Source: a virus
Taxonomy: Duplodnaviria; Caudoviricetes
DNA length: 64,000 nt
IMG/VR virus record: IMGVR_UViG_3300025608_000011
Location: 1-64,000 of that record
Strand: one strand, 5' to 3'
Shown: in pieces, positions 38,001 through 47,000 of the stretch
Layout: each line of letters starts with the position of its first letter
Position numbering within the stretch: the first letter of the stretch is position 1
Program-made: the position numbers and the translations under genes
The notes under the pieces: model-generated
What the model saw: only the letters and a program-made list of their open reading frames with translations
Databases searched by the model: none
What the model was told of the DNA's origin: nothing

Positions 38001-41000
38001 GATCTTATATTCCTCCTACGCCTACTAAACTAGGAATATTTCCTAAATACGAGCCAAAAATTTATGTAGATGACACATATCTATCAAACACAAAAGTAAT
38101 CCAGGGACACGATGGAAGTATTATTCATGCATTTGATGATTACAGAGACGATCTTGTATTAGAGTTAGAACTTAGAATATACAATAATATCAAGCAAACC
38201 TATAATGAAAGACTGTTTAATATCTATGATATTATATCAAGTTCTGATAGAAATACAGGTGTAAGCAAGCAACAAATTGACTCAGTTTTAATACCTGATT
38301 TTATAGCCTGGGCAAAACTAGCCGGTAACATTGATTATAGTACTAATGTAATCTTTAATGAATTTAATTCGTTTACTTATAATTATTCTAGTATGGTTGA
38401 TCCTAACGACAATGTGTTACCAGGATTTTGGAGATCTATATACAAAAATTATTTAGACACTGATCGTCCGCATACTCATCCCTGGGAATGTCTTGGTTTT
38501 TCAATTATGCCAAGTTGGTGGGAAGACGAGTACGGTGCAGCGCCTTACACTAGCAACAACTTGCTAATGTGGGAAGATATAGAGCAAGGAATTATTAGAG
38601 CCCCTGGTGTACCTGCAGAAGAAAACTCTAAGTATGCAAGAACAAATTTAACTTCCTATATTCCTGTAGATGCGCAAGGAAATTTACTAAGTCCTTATAA
38701 TACTGGATATGCTCAAGGTTATGTACAAAAACTAGCAAAAGCAGAGTGGAAATTTGGCGACGAAGCTCCTGCTGAAACAGCATGGAGGCGCTCTAGTCAT
38801 TATAGATACAGTTTATTAAAAGCAATGCTTTTAAATAAACCTGGCGAATTAATTACAAAATTATTCGATCTTTCTAGATTAAAAGTTAATTTAGCAGATC
38901 AAATTGTTCATGTTGATACAGAACAGCCTATAAAAATACAAGATTTAGTTTTTCCTAATGTGTATTCTGATACTGCAAGAATTGCTACAAGAGGTCTTGT
39001 AAATTTTGTAAGCGATTATCTAAATAGCGATGTTGTAAAATCATACGAAGAATACAAAACCTATTGTCAAAACTTAGATGTAAAGCTAGGTTATAAACTA
39101 GGCGGCTATTCGGACATTTCTAAATTTAATCTTGTATTAGATAGTAGAACTCCGCTGAATAAAGGAAACGTATTTGTACCACAAGAAAACTACGAAATTA
39201 AATTCAATACAAGTAGTCCAATAGAAACAATTACATATAGTGGCGTAATCATAGAAAGAACAGGTGCTGGATATATTGTTCAAGGATACGACAGGACTAC
39301 TTCTAGTTTTACAGTTCTAGAACCAATAACTAAAACCACAGATCCAACTATTAACGTAGGTGGAGTTACAGAAGAGTTTATAGAGTGGGCAGAAGATCAA
39401 CAATATGTTGCAGGGTTAAATGTAAGGTATAACAGCGAGTATTACCGTGTAAAAACGCAGCATGTGAGTGAAGCAACGTTTGATATAGATAAATTTGCTA
39501 AACTTCCGTTTTTACCTACAGTAGGAGGCAGAGATGCTTTATTCCGCAGAAGTTTTGCAGAAAGAACTTTAGAAGTTCCGTACGGTACTCTTTTTACAGA
39601 AATACAAGAAGTAGTAGACTTTTTATTAGGGTATCAGGCGTATTTAGAATTACAAGGGTTTGCATTTGACAGATTTAACGATAATTTAGAAACTGTAGAA
39701 AATTGGGACCTAAGTGTTAAAGAATTTTTATTCTGGACAACACAAGAATGGGGCGAAGGCTCTCTAATATCACTAAGTCCGTGTGCAAGTCAAATTAAAT
39801 TCCAAAAGCCTTATAGAATTGTAGATAATATTTTTGATAATTTCTATGACTATAGCATATTAGATATTAATGGTCAACCTCTAGATAGACGATTTATTTC
39901 TATTGCTAGAGACGGCAACGAATTTACATTAACTCTAAAAAATACTGCTGCAGGAATTTATTCACTGCAATTACCTTTAGTACAAAAAGAACATGTTTTA
40001 GTTCTTGATAGCAGAACTGTTTTTAATGATGTTTTATATAATGCTGAACTAGGGTATAGACAAGATAGAATTTTTGCAATAGGCTACAAGAGCACCAGCT
40101 GGGACGGCAGTGTAAATATTCCTGGCTTCTTATATGACGAAGTTGTTATCCAAGATTGGTCTCCGTATACAGATTATAATGTAGGCGATGTAGTAAAATA
40201 TAAAGAGTACTATTATATTTCTAAATTTAAAAATCCTGGCGAAGAAACTTTTAACGAAAACGAATACATTAAGTTAGATGAAAAACCTACAAGTCAACTG
40301 ACTACAAATTTAGATTATAGAACAGTACAGTTTGCAGATTTTTACGATTTAGATACTGATAATTTTGACGCAAGTCAACAAAAACTTGCTCAACATTTAA
40401 TAGGCTATCAAAAACGTGATTATCTAGCAAATATAATCAACGATGACGTTAGCCAGTACAAATTCTACCAAGGATTTATTAGAGAGAAAGGTACTCGTAA
40501 TGCATTTGACAAATTATTTGACGTACTTGGAAGTTCAGACAAAGATAGTTTAGAGTTTTACGAAGAATGGGCAATTAAACAAGGTCAATATGGTGTTGCC
40601 GACGGTTTTGAAGAAGTAGAATATGTGTTAGATGAATCACAATTTAAAGCTCAACCGCAAGCAGTAGAGATTGTAACCTTAAAACCTAGTAATCCGTTAG
40701 ATTTAATTTATCGTGTCAACGACGCAGATACACTTGTACAACCTACTAATTATAATACTGCGCCATTTCCTACAAAATATACACAGCAAGAATTTAGTAA
40801 GACTGCTGGCTATGTAAACATGGAAGATGTAGATCACAGTGTTTATCTATACGATGACATTATAAACTTAAACATCGACGACGTAAATGTTGATAATTTT
40901 ATTTGGGTAGCAAATAAAAACAATGACTGGGATGTTCTAAAACATGTTAGCACAACTATAAAAATATCAAGCATTATTGCAGATAGCACTGGTATGATAC

Positions 41001-44000
41001 TAAACGCTACTAGAACAGTAACAGGTGTGTCCGAGGGCGATGTTATAGGTTTATATAATGCTGAAGACAACGATGCATTTTATAAAGTTGTAACAGTTAG
41101 TAATAATGTAATAATCATTGACGCTGAATTTGCAGAATTAGAAACAGTTAATGCATTTGTAAGTGTATTTGAATCTGTTAGACTTGCTGATTACGAAACA
41201 ATTAAAACCATGCAACTAACCGAAGAAGGCAATAAGTTTTGGATCGATAGCGATTCAAACGGCAAATGGAATGTCATTAATCAAACAAAACAATTTACTG
41301 AGCTTAATAAAATAGAAAATAATGCATATTATAACAGTTCTACTTTTGAAAATTTTGGTACTAGTTTTGATGTGGACGCATCTAATACATGGATGGCAGT
41401 AGGAGCCCCAGAAGATAATAAAGTTTACATTTATAGAAGAGCGTCTGACGGAGCAAATTGGTTTTTAAGTGAAACACTAGAGCCTTTTAGCGGATTCGCC
41501 GATACAATTGATCAATTTGGTATTAGCGTAGCTATGTCAAAAGATAATCAAAAATTAATAGTAGGCGCACCTAAGCTATCTAATGCAAAGTCTTACTATC
41601 AAGGTAACTTTGTAGAAACTAACCAGTATACAAAGAATCAAATAGTAACTTATAAAAATACGTTATGGCAGGCTGTAAGAACAATTGAACCTGGCTTAGC
41701 ATCGCAAACTTTCGAAAGTTTTAACTTCTACGAAAACATGGCTGTACAAGACAGTACTGCTTTAAATTTATTGATTGTAGGCGATAACATCTTTGACGGC
41801 GAAACTACTTCGCATATGTTAGTAGTAGCGCCAGAAGACCAATACAACGGTAGTAAAGCAGGTGACAGAACTGTTCTACGTTGGAATATTAACAGTTTCA
41901 TTAACACATTTGGTTATACACCGTTTGCAGGAGCAATACCAGAATTAGAAACATTTGTGAGTGGAACTCATACAATTGTTGATAAGATTGAGCAAGTCAT
42001 TGTAGTTGCTAATACAGATAATTCTGTTATTGCTGGAGATATTGTAACCAGCGATACAGCCAGCGGTGAAGTTGCATATGCAAGAGAAATTTTTAATTCT
42101 TCTATAATTTATCTTAAAAATGTAAGTGGACGTTTTGACGAAACTGGTCGAATTGATCTAGCAAATGGATTATTTGTAGGAGAATATGCAGAACAATTCA
42201 GAGATGTTTACAATTCTACAAATGGTTTTTGGATGATAAACACTCCATCTTACGAAATACCAACAGGTGATAAAATAGATGAAGGTAAGGGTCTAGTATT
42301 TGTAGATTATTTGTTAGACACAGATACAAGAAATGCATTTGATTACTATAATATTCTAGACAAAGTTGCGGATATAGGCCTACAAATCACACTCAACGAT
42401 CAAGCAAGTTTTCTTGCACAATTAACATGGGAAGGCGACAATAATAATTTACGTAGAGTTTATAACAATAATTTCTGGACAGTAAGATCAGATGTAGACT
42501 TTGCTAGTTCTAAAAACATAGGCGATTCATTTAGAATTCAAGTTCCAGGAGCAACAAATCTTCCACTTGCAAGAATAGATGCAGATTATATCAATGACGA
42601 GCATGCAATTTTTGACATCTGGGACGGATACATTGATTTTACGTTTGAAGAATTTGATCCAGAGACTAGAGATCCGTTTGAACCTACTCCTAGATACGAA
42701 TATGATTCAGGATCGGGTACATTTGTAGATAACGGTAGCGGAACTATTGTTAAAGATTCTACTACAGGTGCAGAAGCTGAAGTAATGTTCTATCAACGTA
42801 ATTTTAACGATGTAAGAATATATGTTAAGAATGTAACAGGATCATGGACTGATGGAGGAAGCTACGGAGAACCTTCAGAAATAATATACAAAGATTACGT
42901 GCAGGCCGGTGCGCTACAGCCTATGGGTGACATAGTTGGAACTAGTTTAGCTAACAGCAATATAGGTCCGTTGTTTGTAGTTAGAAATCCAAACGAAGAA
43001 TTTAATCTTGCAACAGTACCAACTATCGTAGACGGCGAATATTGGTTTTATGATAAAACTACAGTGTCTGGAGTTCCTAGAGAACCTAATATTCCTAGTA
43101 GTAACAACAATGACTGGACACAGGTATACAATATTCCCTTATCAGATTTAGGAACCACAGATCAAGGGTACACAGATCAAGGAGCATATTTTGTTTATGA
43201 AAAATCAGGCACCACATTTACCCTAGTAGGTGCTTATGTTGTTCCTGAAACAGCTCAAGATTTAGAATTAGGTTCTTCTGTAAAAATAAGCATCAACGGC
43301 GATACAACAAATATTTTTGTAGGCGCTCGCGGCGGCATAGGAAAATTATTCTTTGTCAAACACACCGAAGAACTAGGATATGCATTAGATCGTGATGAAA
43401 ATTATAGAGGAGCATTCGATTCAGAATTGTTCTACCGTATAGGTGAAATTGTAGTAAACAGCGATACTTTATATGTTGCAATTACAAATGTATCACCTGG
43501 AGCATTTGATGCAAATGATTGGGAAGAAATTACCACTCCAGTAACTTACTTAGGTTATCTTCCTAGCAATGCACAAGTTACAATCGGTGATGACACTTAT
43601 TACTCTATTAGAGAAGATTTAGATATTTTACGATTCGCAGATAACTTTACTGTTGATACAACTGGAGATGTTTTAGTTTGTGCAGTATCAAAACAACTTA
43701 CTGATAGTGTTACAGATGAAACATTGGTGGTTTATAGAAAACAAGACGGTAAGTTTATTTTAGATCAAGTTATTGATGCAGACATTGCTGATACACGATT
43801 CGGTAGTAGTATTAGTTTAAGCCCTGACGGAAAAACTTTGTTTGTAGGCGAACCGTACAACGATGTCGACAAAGACGAAGAAGGCAATGTAATTAATACT
43901 GTTGCAAATAAAGGCACAGTAAGTGTTTACGAATTAAAAGACTCTGGATTTGACTTAACTCAACGATTAATAAGTCCAAATGTAGAAGTAGACGATCAGT

Positions 44001-47000
44001 TTGGATTTAAAGTACATGGATTAAACGACAGTGTTGCTGTCACTAGCAGTCGTGGAGACATTACTTTAGATACAACATTTAATGTACACTCACAACTAGT
44101 AGAATTTTCAAATTTAATATATGGAACTGATTATGTTTTAGACAAAGATAGTGAGTTAAGCGGACAAGAAACCTTATTTGACAATGGCTTTACAACTTTC
44201 TTTAAAACTAATAAGAATATCGGAAGTGTGCATGTATTTGAAAAAGTAGATACTACATATATTCCTGCACAGTCTTTAGAAACAGATCTGGAAGACATGG
44301 TAGGCTACGGCAAAGAAATATTATTCAATAATAATCACGTATACATTGCTAATCCTACATATACTGATAGCGAAACATATCAGGGAATTGTACAAGATTT
44401 TAGAAAAGAAAGAAATAGTAAATGTATTGAAATAATTAGATCGCCAATTGACATGGTAGATTTAGAAAAGATAAAAGGAATATTTTTATACAATACGGAT
44501 ACTAATCAGCTGATAGAACGACTAGACTTTATAGATCCTATTCAAGGCAAAATTGCAGGAATAGCTGATCAAAATATTAGTTATAAAGTACACTATGATC
44601 CTGCTGTGTATTCTGTAGGAACAACTCAAGTTACTGTAGACGAACTAGCAACTTGGGGAGAACGACAAGTTGGACAACTATGGTGGAATCTTAGTCAAGG
44701 ACTGTGGGTTAATCCTTACCAAGGAAATACAATATATCAAACAAATACATGGAATACATTATTTGAAGGTACAGATGTAGAAGTATGCGAATGGGTAGAA
44801 AGTAATTATCTTCCTTCAGAATGGGCAGAATTGGCAGACACAGAAGAAGGTCTTAATGAAGGTATAAGCGGACAACCTAAATACGGTGATGAAATTTACG
44901 TACAAAAATCAATTTTTGACTCAGTTTCGCAAACATTCTCTAATAAGTATTATTTCTGGGTGTCAGACAAAGTTATTGTTCCTGATCTAGCACCAAGAAC
45001 AATTAGTTGTAACGAAGTAGAAAACTTAATTAGAAACCCGCATATCCAAGGATATAAATTTGTAAGCCTATTAAAAGATAATAAATTTATAGTTCATAAC
45101 TGCGATGGATTATTATCTGACAGAGATGTTGCTATTAATTTCCAATATTGGACAGTAGATGATACAACTAGAAATATTCACTCTCAGTATCAAATTATCA
45201 CAGAAGGACTTGCAACCAGCACTCCGAATAGAGATATAGAACAAAAATGGTTTGATAGTTTAGTTGGTTATGACGCTTATGACAGGCCAGTTCCTGATAT
45301 TAATTTAAAGGCAAAACAACAATACGGAGTACTTAATAAACCAAGACAAAGTATGTTTGTCAATAAGGTAGAAGCTCTAAAACAACTTATAGAAAGAACT
45401 AATTCTACTCTTAAAAACTATTTAATTGTAGATGATTATGACTTGGATAGATTGTTTGAAAAAGAAGCACCACCGTCTATATCTACAAATTTATACGATT
45501 TAATTTTAGATACAGAACAAGAACTTCAATTTGTAGGTACAGCTAGATTAAAAACTGCACAATTAACACCTGTAATTGTTGAAGGATCTATTACTAGAGT
45601 TGACATTGTTGATCCAGGCAGAGGATATCTAGTGCCACCGTCGTATAAAGTAGACGGTATTGGATCAGGAGCAGTATTAGAGTTTGAACTAAACTCGTCT
45701 GGCGGAATAGCAAACGTAGTTGTTGTGTCAGGCGGAGACAAATACACCGACGAAACAACGGTTACTTTAAGAAACTTTAGTGTTCTTGTAAATGCTGACT
45801 CTAGTGCTAGAGGACGTTGGACACTATCTAGATGGAATTTTGATTTAGAAGAATGGGAAAAGATTACTGCACAGCAATATGATACAAGTCAGTATTGGAA
45901 CTATGTAGATTGGTATGCCGACACATACAGCGAGTTTAGTAAAATAGATTATATAATAGATCAAAGTTACGAATTAGATTTCTTAGAATCTGAAGTAGGC
46001 GATCTCGTGAAGATTAATAATGTAGGTACAGGTGGCTGGCTATTATTAGAACAAATAGACGATCAAGAAAATGTTGACTACACAGTAAACTTTAAGACAG
46101 TAGGTAGACAGAACGGTACTATCCAGTTTAAGAATACTCTTTATGATACAGCTGCAAATAAAATAGGTTATGATAGTGATACGTTTGATTTAACATTCTA
46201 TGATAATCTACCTATCACAGAAACTCGTGTTATCTTAGAAACTTTACGAGATAGTATTTTTGTTGATGAGCTTGCTATACATTATAATGAGTTGTTCTTT
46301 GCAAGTGTAAGATATGCGTTCAGCGAACAAAATTACATAGATTGGGCATTTAAATCTAGTTTTGTAAAAGCAAAACATAATGTAGGAAATCTTGAGCAAA
46401 AAATTAATTTTGAAAATGACAATTTAGAAAATTATGAAGACTTTATCAACGAAGCTAAACCTTTTAGAACTAAAGTAAGAGAGTTTATAAGTTCTTACGA
46501 ATCCGCTGATACTGCTCAAAATTTTGTTAGTGATTTTGATTTACCGCCTTATTATAATGAATCGTTAAGAAAAATTACCACACGTAATTTTACATATGAC
46601 AACGGAACAATATCTAGTGTAAGTGAAGGAGCATTAAGTTATCCAGACTTAGCGTGGCAAGAAAATAACAAGTTCCAACTTGTGGATATCAAAATTGCAG
46701 ACAGCGGCAACGGATATATTCAAGCTCCGCAGGTTGTATTTGACGTTGAAACAACAGCTAAAGCAGTAGCATATGTAAGCAACGGAAAAGTAAATGCAAT
46801 AGAAATACTTGATGTAGGCAATGGATTTACAAAAACACCTGTAATTACAATCGAAGGCGGATTAGACGAAGGTGGCACGGCAGCTAGAGCAGTTGCTATC
46901 ATCGGAGATAACGTAGTCCGCTCTGCTAGAACAGTTCTTAAGTTCGATAGAATTCAAGGCAGATACGAAATTAATGAAATCGCAGAAACAGAAACATTTG